This document shows, in pieces, positions 29,325-39,225 of a stretch of DNA of 64,000 nucleotides (its first letter is position 1; every line of letters starts with the position of its first letter). This DNA is from an uncultured virus (IMG/VR IMGVR_UViG_3300043567_001092) (lineage: Duplodnaviria; Heunggongvirae; Uroviricota; Caudoviricetes): the IMG/VR virus record IMGVR_UViG_3300043567_001092; one strand, given 5' to 3'. A program made the position numbers and the translations under genes. The notes beneath the pieces were generated by a model. The model worked only from the letters and a program-made list of their open reading frames with translations, made no database searches and had not been told where the DNA came from.

Positions 29325-30968
29325 ATGGCTGACAATAGTTCTAACTATTTTGAAGTTACTGATGCCACGATGCAGGCGGTGCTCGGTCACTGCCTACTCA
29401 ATCAAGCATTTCTAAGAGATTGCGCATCTACACTTCAAAAAGAACATGTAGAAAATCCATTGATTGGAAACCTATATAGTTGGGTTATAGAATATTATAA
29501 GCGCAGAAAAGCTAAACCTTCAGTTCAAGAGGTGGAAGCTTACATTAATACTGAATTTAAATATGATGCGCCAATTCGTAGTAAATACATAAGAATTCTA
29601 GGTGAGTCTGTAGACTTGCATGCAAAAAACTTCAATAGAGATGAGCTTGCATTCCAAGTACATGGGTGGATTAGAGCAAATATCCTTAAAAACTTTATGC
29701 AAAGAGCCGTTAACTCTTTCAATAAAAAAGGATACATTGAAACAGAGAATCAAATTAAAAAGCTCGAAAGAGATCTAAGAGACGCTGAATTTAACAAAGA
29801 AGAACGCGTAGACATGTCTGACATGGCTAACATCGTTAATAGTATGTTAGTTGTAAGAGATAAGGCATGCACTCTTGGACATCCTGAATTTGATGAATTG
29901 ATTCTTGCTGGTGCCTCTAGATTACCAACTGACGTTCTATACAATGAAAATACAATCAAAGGAAGAACTAAGGGTAGTCTAGTAGCTGGGGCACAGACCA
30001 TTATGATGGGTCCATCTAATACTGGTAAAACCACTGCTATGGTTACAATTGCTGTGTCAAACCTGGCTTTCGAGAAGAAAGTTTGTTATATCTCTTGCGA
30101 AGACCCAAAAGAACAAGTTTCAATGAAAATGATGCAAAGCTTCTTTTCAATAACTGCAAAAGAAATTAGTAATACGTCATCAAGAAATTTTGAAGAACAA
30201 AGCGCTCAATGGGCGGAAGTTGCTAATAAATATTTACACTTATTTGAATGGATTAAGCCAGGTAAAATGTATGTAGAAGATGTTATTGCATTAATTGAAG
30301 TTGAGCAAGAAAAACTCGTAGAACGCGGAGAATCTGGATTCGATTTAGTTATAGTAGACTATCCTGGTATCTTAAGCTCTAGAGATTTAAAGGGTACAAA
30401 AGAAGAGTGGACAGAGAAAAGATATATATACTCTCAATTTAGACTCTTGGCAAGAAAGCACTCTTGGCACTCATTAGTACCTATTCAAACCAATAGAGAA
30501 GGTTTTAAAATGAACATGGGCCAAAATTATACATTAGAAATATCTGATGTAGCCCAAGGTTTCGGTATTACAAATGATGCTGATAACGTTATCACTATTA
30601 ATAGAAGTAACGAAGATTATACCGTAATGAGAGTTAGATTCTTTGTAGCTAAAACTAGAACTGCCGAAGCTAGGAGTACATTCATGTCTGAAACTAGATA
30701 TGATTTAAGTAGAACTCACGGTCTTGCCTTTGGTTGCTCTGTGTTATCTGCGTCTGAATTAAAAGATTTAAACGAGCCAGGGTTGTTGGCCACTAGAATT
30801 AAACGCAACATGACGTCTCAAATGCTTGGTGCTAAATCAGATGAGTATACTAAAAATTCAGTTGCGTTTAATATGGCAGATGGTGGACCGCCAATTAAAA
30901 CTGTTATGTCGACTACTAGCTCTAGTTGGAATGTGCCAGTAGACCCACAGGATCTAAAAAGAAATTAA
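29325..30968 (+). CDS. dnaB: Replicative DnaB-like (SF4) helicase
   Basis: GPSNTGKT, YISCE, VIVDYP, QTNR, DADNVITI, KTR. Confidence 0.9.
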   Translation: MADNSSNYFEVTDATMQAVLGHCLLNQAFLRDCASTLQKEHVENPLIGNLYSWVIEYYKRRKAKPSVQEVEAYINTEFKYDAPIRSKYIRILGESVDLHAKNFNRDELAFQVHGWIRANILKNFMQRAVNSFNKKGYIETENQIKKLERDLRDAEFNKEERVDMSDMANIVNSMLVVRDKACTLGHPEFDELILAGASRLPTDVLYNENTIKGRTKGSLVAGAQTIMMGPSNTGKTTAMVTIAVSNLAFEKKVCYISCEDPKEQVSMKMMQSFFSITAKEISNTSSRNFEEQSAQWAEVANKYLHLFEWIKPGKMYVEDVIALIEVEQEKLVERGESGFDLVIVDYPGILSSRDLKGTKEEWTEKRYIYSQFRLLARKHSWHSLVPIQTNREGFKMNMGQNYTLEISDVAQGFGITNDADNVITINRSNEDYTVMRVRFFVAKTRTAEARSTFMSETRYDLSRTHGLAFGCSVLSASELKDLNEPGLLATRIKRNMTSQMLGAKSDEYTKNSVAFNMADGGPPIKTVMSTTSSSWNVPVDPQDLKRN

Positions 30969-31026
30969 AACAAAGCGTATTTTTTAAGCAAAAATGTGGT
31001 ATTAAATAATAAATAAAGGAGTCAAG

Positions 31027-32007
31027 ATGCGTAATTTTCTTAAATCTGTTCACGAGAAGCTCGGTAGTTTCATGTTTGGTGGCCTTAAAATAGGATTGGC
31101 TGTAGCTCTTGTGCTAGCAATTGCCCCAATCATTTCAATTGTTGGAGCTTATGTTTTTGGAACCAAGCAACACCCATCTCAAGTTACAGTTATGATCACA
31201 AACTTCAAACAAACTTCTGGCGGAACTGGCGTTGTAATTAAGCACACACCTACTAAATCTTTAATTTTAACAAACGCCCACGTGTGTGGACTAGTGTCTG
31301 AAAAAGGTGGTTTAGTTAAACAAACTGATAATCATACATATTTTGTTACAGGAACTATGACATCAAAAAATCATGATTTGTGCGTAATCTCTGTGGCGGA
31401 AGATTTAGGTACATCTGTTAAAATTGCTAGTGAACCACCGGAATTGTACAGTGAGGCTACAATTACTGGTCACCCAGCTTTATTACCAAACATTATTTCA
31501 AAAGGTCATTTTGGCGGAAGACAAGTTATTTCAATTATTACCGGAGTTAAACCTTGTACTCAAGACGATTTTAATGGTCAAAATGCACTTCTTTGCATGT
31601 TCTTAGGTGGCCTTCCAATCGTTAAAATGTTCGATTCTCAAGTAGTGTCTGCTACTATCCAAGGTGGATCTTCTGGTTCAGCTGTATTAAATTCTAATGG
31701 AGAATTGTCTGGATTAGTTTTTGCTGGAGCAGGAAATGGATTAAGCTACGCATCAATCGTTCCTTATGAGTATGTAATTGAATTTCTTTATGGAGAGTTT
31801 AGTGAGGCTGGTCTAGTTAAACCACCGGCTGAATTCGTTGCATCTGCCGATAAACAAGAAGAGATTAACCTACCAAAACAAATCACTGGTGATATTATTA
31901 GAAAATGTAAAACATCTGACATTAAAAACCCTAAAATCAAATCAATCTGTAAGCTGCTTCTAAATGATTCAGCATACAGAGAAGAAGATTCAAATGGAAA
32001 TAAATAA
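31027..32007 (+). CDS. Membrane-anchored trypsin-like (S1) serine protease
   Basis: N-terminal hydrophobic helix; GTG, LTNAHV (His), HDLC (Asp), GGSSGS (Ser). Confidence 0.88.
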   Translation: MRNFLKSVHEKLGSFMFGGLKIGLAVALVLAIAPIISIVGAYVFGTKQHPSQVTVMITNFKQTSGGTGVVIKHTPTKSLILTNAHVCGLVSEKGGLVKQTDNHTYFVTGTMTSKNHDLCVISVAEDLGTSVKIASEPPELYSEATITGHPALLPNIISKGHFGGRQVISIITGVKPCTQDDFNGQNALLCMFLGGLPIVKMFDSQVVSATIQGGSSGSAVLNSNGELSGLVFAGAGNGLSYASIVPYEYVIEFLYGEFSEAGLVKPPAEFVASADKQEEINLPKQITGDIIRKCKTSDIKNPKIKSICKLLLNDSAYREEDSNGNK

Positions 32008-32485
32008 AAGAACAGTAGTAATTGTATCCTTGCTCCTAGTATCACTTGGGGCAGGGATCGGCAAATATGCCTCTCCAGAAAAAGTTGTCACAAAAACTGA
32101 AACTATTACTGTTGAAAAAGAAGTTATTAAGTACAAAGAGTCCGGTTCTGAAAACACTAAAGTAGACAAAGTAACAGTTATAGTTGAAGATATTAGTAAA
32201 GATGGGACTATCCACAGAGAGACAGTGCAGGTAGATAAAACTCAAATTGATAAGTTTATCAGTAAAGAGCTTGATAAGAAAAAAGAAACAGATACGACAG
32301 TTGTTACAGAGACAGAAAAAACAAATCAAGCTTTGTGGCATATATCAGCTTTAGCCTCAGTAAAACAAGGAGAAATTCCTTCTTACGGGGCCCTTGTAGA
32401 AAAAAGAGTTTTGGGACCAATTAGCGTTGGGGCATTCGGATTAACAAATAAAACTGCCGGCATTACAATAGGATATTCATTTTAA
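31994..32485 (+). CDS. Signal-anchored envelope protein
   Basis: Hydrophobic N-terminus, charged middle, beta-strand C-terminus ending GITIGYSF; start moved to ATG 31994. Confidence 0.55.
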   Translation: MEINKRTVVIVSLLLVSLGAGIGKYASPEKVVTKTETITVEKEVIKYKESGSENTKVDKVTVIVEDISKDGTIHRETVQVDKTQIDKFISKELDKKKETDTTVVTETEKTNQALWHISALASVKQGEIPSYGALVEKRVLGPISVGAFGLTNKTAGITIGYSF

Positions 32486-32495
32486 GGAATTAGAA

Positions 32496-33419
32496 ATGTT
32501 TGCTAATAAAATTACTTACTGTCTAAATTCAGCCGCTGTGGGAGATCTAGTTGCAGCGGCACCTTCCCTCAAGTGGGCAATCGAAAATTTCCACCACAAA
32601 ACAGATTATCAAGTTGGAATGTACAAAGATTTTAAAGATCTGTTTCCTTTTGTTCCGGAAGAAAAAATAGTGGACATCCAAGGAAGTTATTCAAACGAAT
32701 TCTCGGTTAGGCATCTTAATATGCTTGGAGTCGGTGGCAATGTTTGCAAATTAACTCCGTCACGCATGAAATTAACTCAATATGGAAGTATTGGATTATT
32801 AGGTAGAGTATTACCAGACCATTTAACAAAATATGTCCCACTTCAAGAAGTTGATGTTAGTCATTATGGTGTTGATTTTTCAAAAGCAGTTGTAATTATA
32901 TCTACCTATAGAGATCCACAAAGAACAATAATTGCAAGTGAAATTAAAAAAATAGCAGAATACGTATATTCTAAAGGCTTAATTCCAGTGTATGTTGGAA
33001 AAACTGGAGCTATGAGCATTTGGAAATCACATTTAGCTAAAAGTGACTTTGATTATCCTGGCTTTGGTGTAGATTTAAGAGACAAGACTTCATTTTTAGA
33101 ACTAGCTTCTGTAATGAAAAAGTCTAGAGCTGTTGTTGGTATGGATGGTGGCCCAATACACATTGCCTTTACTACAGATGTAACAGTTGTCTGTGGCTTT
33201 ACTACAGTTAGTCCATCGCTAAGAATACCGTATAGAGGTATAGCTAAAACAATTGCGGTTATCCCTAATATTGCATGCAATTTTTGCGAATCAGATTGGT
33301 CGCTTGATACATGGAATTTCAACAATTGCCCTAGAAAACTTGAATTGCCAGAATGTGTAACGAAAATGACCAGCTCAAAGTTTATTGAAGCATTAGAGCA
33401 ATTAGAAATTTTTAAATGA
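32496..33419 (+). CDS. Glycosyltransferase family 9 (heptosyltransferase-like)
   Basis: AVGDLV, DLRDKTSFLELASVM, VVGMDGGPIHIA, C-terminal CNFC...C...C. Confidence 0.85.
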   Translation: MFANKITYCLNSAAVGDLVAAAPSLKWAIENFHHKTDYQVGMYKDFKDLFPFVPEEKIVDIQGSYSNEFSVRHLNMLGVGGNVCKLTPSRMKLTQYGSIGLLGRVLPDHLTKYVPLQEVDVSHYGVDFSKAVVIISTYRDPQRTIIASEIKKIAEYVYSKGLIPVYVGKTGAMSIWKSHLAKSDFDYPGFGVDLRDKTSFLELASVMKKSRAVVGMDGGPIHIAFTTDVTVVCGFTTVSPSLRIPYRGIAKTIAVIPNIACNFCESDWSLDTWNFNNCPRKLELPECVTKMTSSKFIEALEQLEIFK

Positions 33420-33426
33420 GGTAGTT

Positions 33427-33642
33427 ATGTTTACATATAAGCTAGTAGAAGTTGAATTAGCGCAGATATATATGCAATGCGACCTTATTAAAACGGCGTC
33501 TCATGAAGCGTCAATGGCAGTTAAAGATGGTAAAGACCACATTTGCCAGATTAAAATCAAGGACTTAGAGCAACAATTAAAAGAAGCAAATAAGCTAATT
33601 TCTCAATTACATTCAAAAATAGAGTATCTTAAAAACTCATAA
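33427..33642 (+). CDS. Hypothetical protein
   Basis: GAGG RBS, 71 aa. Confidence 0.55.
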   Translation: MFTYKLVEVELAQIYMQCDLIKTASHEASMAVKDGKDHICQIKIKDLEQQLKEANKLISQLHSKIEYLKNS

Positions 33643-33691
33643 GCTTGCTATTGTACAGTATATATGATAAGATATATATGTAGGAGGATTT

Positions 33692-33988
33692 ATGAGAGTC
33701 AGAGCAATTGTTTGTCCGGCATGCGGCACTGCTATATACTCTGTCGCAAACCATGACTACAATACATGTGATTGTTCATACCCATGTGGCATAGCTGTAG
33801 ATGGTGGACATATTGATAAAGATGGCACTCTCTCCTTTAGAAAAATGGCATATGGAACTGAAATAAATGTAGATGACATTAAAGAAGTAGAAATAAATGT
33901 TGACGCTTCTCCTGCTGAATTGTATAAAGATTGGAATGCATCTCTTAAAACCCCACGTAAATTTGGGAGAATTGTAGGTTACAAATGA
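33692..33988 (+). CDS. Small zinc-binding protein
   Basis: CPACG...HDYNTCDC...AVDGG; AGGAGG RBS; TTGCTA-17-TAAGAT upstream. Confidence 0.65.
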   Translation: MRVRAIVCPACGTAIYSVANHDYNTCDCSYPCGIAVDGGHIDKDGTLSFRKMAYGTEINVDDIKEVEINVDASPAELYKDWNASLKTPRKFGRIVGYK

Positions 33989-34737
33989 TGCGCATTATAT
34001 TAGCAAAAACATTGCTATCTGCCTATTTAGCTTTGCCTGTTAAGGTCGCTGTTATTGATACTGGGTTTGATTCTAGCTCTAAATGGGACTATGTTAATCC
34101 TAAAATATGCAAAAATGGATTTTATGATGCAACAAAATCTGATAAAGCAGAGCAAGTGGAAAGTATAACAGATGCACACTTCCCAGGGCACGGAACGCAC
34201 GTTGCCGGACTTATTGCACAAAATGCAGGTGACTCCAACTACTGTATGGTTATCATGAAGTTCTACGATCCTAAAAAAGCCACTACTTTTGGACCTAGCA
34301 ACCTTTTATTAGAGAGAGCAATAGCAGACCGCGTAGATATAATTAACTTTTCTGCTGGCGGTAACGAATATTCTAAAGAGGAATGCGATTTAGTTAAAAA
34401 GGCATTAGATAATAAAATTATTGTTGTTGCTGCAATGGGCAACAAAGGGCAAGATATCGCCAAACACCCATTTTATCCTGCAAGTTGCGACAAACGAGTG
34501 GTTAAAATAGAAAACGCTACTGCTGACAAAACGAGAGATGTAATGTCTAGCTACAGCTCTGGAAAAGGTGAGCGTATATTTAGCGCAAATGGCGTAAATG
34601 CTATAAGTACGTTACCAAATGGACATTACGGCGCACTTTCTGGAACATCTATGGCCACTGCCATTGTAACTGGTAAAATAACTAAAATAATTAGTCTCAA
34701 AAAGGAACAATTGAGACAGAAATTAAAAAATAATTGA
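33985..34737 (+). CDS. Subtilisin-like (S8) serine protease
   Basis: VAVIDTG, HGTHVAG, IINFS, AAMGN, GTSMAT. Confidence 0.92.
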   Translation: MMRIILAKTLLSAYLALPVKVAVIDTGFDSSSKWDYVNPKICKNGFYDATKSDKAEQVESITDAHFPGHGTHVAGLIAQNAGDSNYCMVIMKFYDPKKATTFGPSNLLLERAIADRVDIINFSAGGNEYSKEECDLVKKALDNKIIVVAAMGNKGQDIAKHPFYPASCDKRVVKIENATADKTRDVMSSYSSGKGERIFSANGVNAISTLPNGHYGALSGTSMATAIVTGKITKIISLKKEQLRQKLKNN

Positions 34738-34743
34738 AAATTG

Positions 34744-34772
34744 TTGACTTCCAAAAGTAACTTTGTTATTCT
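34744..34772 (+). promoter_or_regulatory. Sigma70-type promoter
   Basis: TTGACT-N17-TATTCT with TGn. Confidence 0.7.
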
Positions 34773-34808
34773 TATTTAAGAAGCAAAAAACAAACAATAG
34801 AGGTTAAC

Positions 34809-35072
34809 ATGTCTATTAAAATGATGATTAAAAATCCTGAAACAAAACTTGAATATTACGTTGTAGAAGTATCTGAATTAGGAAAAGTTGTTGGGGTTCC
34901 ATTTGTGACAAACTCTATTGAAGAAATGGCGATACTTGTTGAGCCGTTTGAAATATTCTTGGCTGATCTTGATGATGCTGTTAAGTCTATGAAAGAATAT
35001 GAACATAATACTGCACACTTTGGATCTTTGGGTAGCTTTATGTTTTCTACATATGAAGGACGGGTTTCGTAA
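34809..35072 (+). CDS. Hypothetical protein
   Basis: GAGG RBS, 87 aa. Confidence 0.55.
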   Translation: MSIKMMIKNPETKLEYYVVEVSELGKVVGVPFVTNSIEEMAILVEPFEIFLADLDDAVKSMKEYEHNTAHFGSLGSFMFSTYEGRVS

Positions 35073-35266
35073 TGAAAAAAGAGATTTATGAGGTTTGGAG
35101 AAATACGCCAATTGGCGATTTAACTATGGGCCTATATACTACAATTGAAGAGGCAAATAAGCACAAAGAGAGTTGGAATAAGAAGATTAAAACTTCTATG
35201 GATAAAGCTTTTATATCTAGAAAAGTAATTCTAGAGAAATATGAAGAGGATTCTAATGGAATATGA
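35072..35266 (+). CDS. Hypothetical protein
   Basis: 64 aa, TAATG coupling. Confidence 0.5.
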   Translation: MKKEIYEVWRNTPIGDLTMGLYTTIEEANKHKESWNKKIKTSMDKAFISRKVILEKYEEDSNGI

Positions 35267-35462
35267 ATTTAAAGCTAAAGAACTTGAAAAGAAGATAGAC
35301 GAATTGCAAGACGCCAAATTAGAATTGTTGCAAAAGGTAAAAGAAGCTACCGGCGTAGAAAAAGCCAACTTAATGGATAGATTTCTTGGTTTAAATGAAG
35401 AGCAAGAATTATTAGAATTTGAATTATTAACAGTGCAATCAGAAATATATGGTGACGAATGA
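35256..35462 (+). CDS. Small acidic coiled-coil protein
   Basis: GAGG before ATG 35256. Confidence 0.5.
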   Translation: MEYEFKAKELEKKIDELQDAKLELLQKVKEATGVEKANLMDRFLGLNEEQELLEFELLTVQSEIYGDE

Positions 35463-36736
35463 ATAAGTCCGTTGTTGTTTTAGACACAAATGTTATTTTA
35501 AGCGACTATTCTGTATTAAATAAATTTGATAGAGATGTCTATATACCGCTTTGCGTTATAGAAGAGATGGATCGTTTTAAAAAAGACATGGGCGAAAACG
35601 GTAGGAATGCGCGTCAATTCAGTCGGTCAATTGACTCTCTAAGAGAAAAAGGCAGTTTGGCCACTGGGGTTCAGGTTGATAATAAAAATCATAAAGTATT
35701 TGTTGTAGATTTAACAAATTCTTCATTCTCTACTATGTCAGTAGACAATCAGATTATAGAGACTGCTCAAATCTTGAGTAAAGAATATGATGTAGAAATA
35801 ATTTCTAAAGATATTAATGTTCGTATTAAGTCAGATGTAGCAGGAATCAAAGCTTCAAACTATGAAGCTACTGCAATTGCAAACGACAGTGCATATACTG
35901 GGTATCTGGAACTAGAAGTAGAGCCAGATATGCTAAATTCATTTTACGAAGATGGATATATAGAAATTGATTATCCATTTTTAGCGAATCAATATGTTAT
36001 TATGAGAAGTTTAATCAATTCAAAACATTCGGCACTTGGCAGATATGATAAAAAACTGAAAGCAGTAGTCCAGTTGCTATTCTCAGACGATGTTTGGGGA
36101 ATCAGATCTAAGAATGTTGAGCAAAGTTTTGCAATCGACGCCCTTTTAAATGATGATATTAAACTAGTGTCCTTAGTAGGGATTGCTGGATCAGGAAAAA
36201 CTTTAATTTCAATAGCAGCGGCTTTGTTTAAAACTCTTGATGAAGGTAAATACGATAAAATCTTGGTAAGTAGACCCGTTATTCCAATGGGAAAAGATAT
36301 TGGGTATCTACCTGGCACTTTAGAAGAGAAATTAGCTCCATGGATTCAACCAATCGTAGATAATTTAGAGTTTATTCTAGGTGGGGACAAACACTCTACT
36401 AACAGAGCAAAAGAATTAATTGAGCAAGGTATGATTAAAATTGAGGCTTTGACATATATTAGAGGTCGAAGTATCCCCAATCAGTTCATCCTTATAGATG
36501 AAGCTCAAAATCTATCAGCACATGAAATTCAAACTATCCTAACAAGAGTTGGAGAGGGTACTAAGATTGTTCTTACTGGAGACCCAAACCAAATTGATAG
36601 CCCATATTTAGATGCAACTGATAACGGTCTTGTTCACGCAATCGAAAAATTAAAAGACAATGAAATTGTAGCGAGTGTAACACTCACTAAAGGTGAAAGG
36701 TCAGAATTGGCTGATTTAGCGGCCAAATTTTTATAA
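35459..36736 (+). CDS. phoH: PIN-domain PhoH-family ATPase
   Basis: VLDTNV...EEMD...DNQI...SKDINVR (PIN); GIAGSGKT, IGYLPG, YIRGRS, DEAQN, GDPNQID, RSELA. Confidence 0.93.
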   Translation: MNKSVVVLDTNVILSDYSVLNKFDRDVYIPLCVIEEMDRFKKDMGENGRNARQFSRSIDSLREKGSLATGVQVDNKNHKVFVVDLTNSSFSTMSVDNQIIETAQILSKEYDVEIISKDINVRIKSDVAGIKASNYEATAIANDSAYTGYLELEVEPDMLNSFYEDGYIEIDYPFLANQYVIMRSLINSKHSALGRYDKKLKAVVQLLFSDDVWGIRSKNVEQSFAIDALLNDDIKLVSLVGIAGSGKTLISIAAALFKTLDEGKYDKILVSRPVIPMGKDIGYLPGTLEEKLAPWIQPIVDNLEFILGGDKHSTNRAKELIEQGMIKIEALTYIRGRSIPNQFILIDEAQNLSAHEIQTILTRVGEGTKIVLTGDPNQIDSPYLDATDNGLVHAIEKLKDNEIVASVTLTKGERSELADLAAKFL

Positions 36737-36738
36737 CT

Positions 36739-37320
36739 ATGAAACAGCTTATACTGGATCTAGAATTTAACCAAGGCACCAAGACAATCATAGAGATTGG
36801 TGCCATAGCGTATGATACTAAAAGGGAGTCTATAATAGACACCTTTAATAGATTTATATATACCACGGAAGAAATTCATCCAGACATAACTAAGCTAACC
36901 GGTATAACTAACGAGACTGTTAGTCGAAGCAATTCTTTAATCTATAATTATACAGAGTTAATATCGTTTATAAAACAACATAAATTAGCCAAAGCCCCTA
37001 TTACATGGGGTTCTGGCGATTCCGAAATGCTTTGGAAACAAGCAGATCCTAATTCTAAACTATGGAATGAAAACCCATTAGGAAGAAACAATAAAGACAT
37101 TAAGCAGCTATACCAGTTAATTGCCATGGGGTATGACCTTAACATCAAAGGCTCTCTGGAAGAAGTGCTTAAAAGATTTGGCATTGGTTGGGATTCAACC
37201 TACGGAAATCCACATAACGCATTAGCTGATTGTCATAATACAATCAGAGCATATAATTATATAAGAAAAAATTTCTTTGACAAGCAAAATATTGTCAATG
37301 TTATCGGAGTCCACAAATGA
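36739..37320 (+). CDS. DEDDh 3'-5' exonuclease
   Basis: LDLEFN, IIEIGA, LTGIT, WGSGD, HNALAD. Confidence 0.88.
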   Translation: MKQLILDLEFNQGTKTIIEIGAIAYDTKRESIIDTFNRFIYTTEEIHPDITKLTGITNETVSRSNSLIYNYTELISFIKQHKLAKAPITWGSGDSEMLWKQADPNSKLWNENPLGRNNKDIKQLYQLIAMGYDLNIKGSLEEVLKRFGIGWDSTYGNPHNALADCHNTIRAYNYIRKNFFDKQNIVNVIGVHK

Positions 37321-37526
37321 AACGGTTAGATTATAATATAAAAATTTTAGAATTGATCAGGAAGTGTGCTGAAAAAAATCCAGATTTCAGATTTAATGAA
37401 TTGCTGGCAAAACTTGGAATCTCAAGTGTAGACTACTCTTTCCGCGAAGGTCCGATACATGAAGTAGACTTTTATGAAGATAGTGAGACAACTTTCAATA
37501 AAATTAAACAAGATATAACTATATAG
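37317..37526 (+). CDS. Hypothetical protein
   Basis: 69 aa, NPDFRF...FYEDS. Confidence 0.55.
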   Translation: MKRLDYNIKILELIRKCAEKNPDFRFNELLAKLGISSVDYSFREGPIHEVDFYEDSETTFNKIKQDITI

Positions 37527-37555
37527 TTGACAGTATATGTCAAAAATGCTACGAT
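37527..37555 (+). promoter_or_regulatory. Sigma70-type promoter
   Basis: TTGACA-N17-TACGAT with TGn. Confidence 0.75.
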
Positions 37556-37576
37556 TAAGGTAATCGAGGAGATAAA

Positions 37577-39217
37577 ATGCCTAAATTAAATAAAAACCAC
37601 GGAACAGAAGCTCTAAGAAGTAAATTAATTTTGATATATGCAAACCTTGTAAAATCTGGAATTCTGTTTCCTAAAAGAAGCGATCTTATCGCTGCAGGCT
37701 TGTCTCGCGATTCTATGAGACACCACTTTGGCACAATTGGCAACTTAAGAAAAATTGCAAAAGAAAGACATCCAGACGCATTTAAAAATGAACTTAGCTT
37801 AGACGATTACTTATCTAATTCCAATCTTAAAAAGATACATTCTAGAGTAAAAAAATACAATAAATTTTTTATTACAACTGCGATTGCAGGACAAGCTGTA
37901 CACAAAGATTTTTTAGCATCTATTAACCAATTTTGCAAAATTAATAAAGCTAAATTAATCTTATTACCATCCCATGACCCAGCGCATAATCTTGATTCTG
38001 AAGTTAACTGGATGTTTGATGAAAATATTAAGCACACTGAGTTTGATTACATTTTTGAAGACTTAAGACTTAATAGCAATTTAATGATTAGCGGAATTAG
38101 AGTTACTGCCAAGCAAATTAACCCTGTAACGGGATTGTCTGAATTATCGCAAAAAGAAGGCTCTTGTATCTTTGCATCTCCTAAACAATCTCTTGAGTAC
38201 GATGCTGTTAGTGCTAATCGTTTGCCACACGCACGTATGACTACAGGAGCTATAACTTTACCGAATTACAATACAACTAAAGGCAACTCCCTTAGAACTA
38301 GCTACATTGCAACATTCCAACATGTTATTGGTGGAATTATAGTAGAAATTGCTGATAATAACATTTTCCACTTTACACAAGTACAAGCAGATAAGAACGG
38401 ATCTTTCTGCCATATGGGTAAAGAGTATTCTAAAAACAAGTGCGTACCAGTAAAAGTATCATTTATAATGGGCGACTTACACGCAGGTGAGCATGACATT
38501 AAAGCTCTTAATGCTTGGAAAGAAATTATTAAAGAAGTTAAAGCATACCAAGTAGTATTCCACGATACATTTGATGGTAAATCCATTAGCCACTGGACAG
38601 AACAAGATGCTTTAGTTAGAGCTGAATTAGCTATGTCTGGAGAAAATTCTCTAGAGAACGAACTTAAATTAGTCAGAGATATCTTAGATGACGTATTATC
38701 CATCCCATCTGTTAAAAAAGGTGTAATTGTTAAGTCTAACCACGATGACTTCTTAGATCGTTATCTTAAACGCGGTGGATTCATGAAAGACCCTATTAAC
38801 TTTAAACTTGGTTGCCAATTAGCAGCAGAAGTTGTAAACACGAATAAAGATGTATTAGAGCATGGAATTAACCTTGTAGGCGTTGGTAAACACCATAAAA
38901 AGATAAAGTTCTTAGGTGTAAATGAAGACTATTTAATTGGAGACGTACATGCCGGTGCGCATGGAGATAGATCAAGCAACGGGTCTAAAGGTGCCATTAA
39001 GTCTTTAGCTAAGTCTTTTTCTAAAGGTGTATTCGGACATAGCCATACGCCAGGTATCTTCAAAAAAGCATTTCAAGTTGGAACAACTAGCAAACTAAGA
39101 CAAGGATATAACAAAGGGCCTAGCTCTTGGGTACACTGTAGCGCCTTGGTCTATGATAATGGTCAGGTTCAGCTAATTAACGCTTTAGACGGCAAATGGC
39201 GATCAAATAAAAAATAA
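37577..39217 (+). CDS. Metallophosphoesterase-domain protein, T5 A1-like
   Basis: GDLH, HDTFDG, SNHD, HGD, GHSH motifs; N-half FITTA...HKDFLAS...TTGAIT...GGIIVE resembles T5 A1 (from memory). Confidence 0.7.
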   Translation: MPKLNKNHGTEALRSKLILIYANLVKSGILFPKRSDLIAAGLSRDSMRHHFGTIGNLRKIAKERHPDAFKNELSLDDYLSNSNLKKIHSRVKKYNKFFITTAIAGQAVHKDFLASINQFCKINKAKLILLPSHDPAHNLDSEVNWMFDENIKHTEFDYIFEDLRLNSNLMISGIRVTAKQINPVTGLSELSQKEGSCIFASPKQSLEYDAVSANRLPHARMTTGAITLPNYNTTKGNSLRTSYIATFQHVIGGIIVEIADNNIFHFTQVQADKNGSFCHMGKEYSKNKCVPVKVSFIMGDLHAGEHDIKALNAWKEIIKEVKAYQVVFHDTFDGKSISHWTEQDALVRAELAMSGENSLENELKLVRDILDDVLSIPSVKKGVIVKSNHDDFLDRYLKRGGFMKDPINFKLGCQLAAEVVNTNKDVLEHGINLVGVGKHHKKIKFLGVNEDYLIGDVHAGAHGDRSSNGSKGAIKSLAKSFSKGVFGHSHTPGIFKKAFQVGTTSKLRQGYNKGPSSWVHCSALVYDNGQVQLINALDGKWRSNKK

Positions 39218-39225
39218 GAGATTTT

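Noticed and set aside
19588..30968. Inteins or introns in dnaE, recA, dnaB
   Set aside because: Catalytic motifs are at normal spacing; no intein C/S...HN ends or LAGLIDADG motifs noticed
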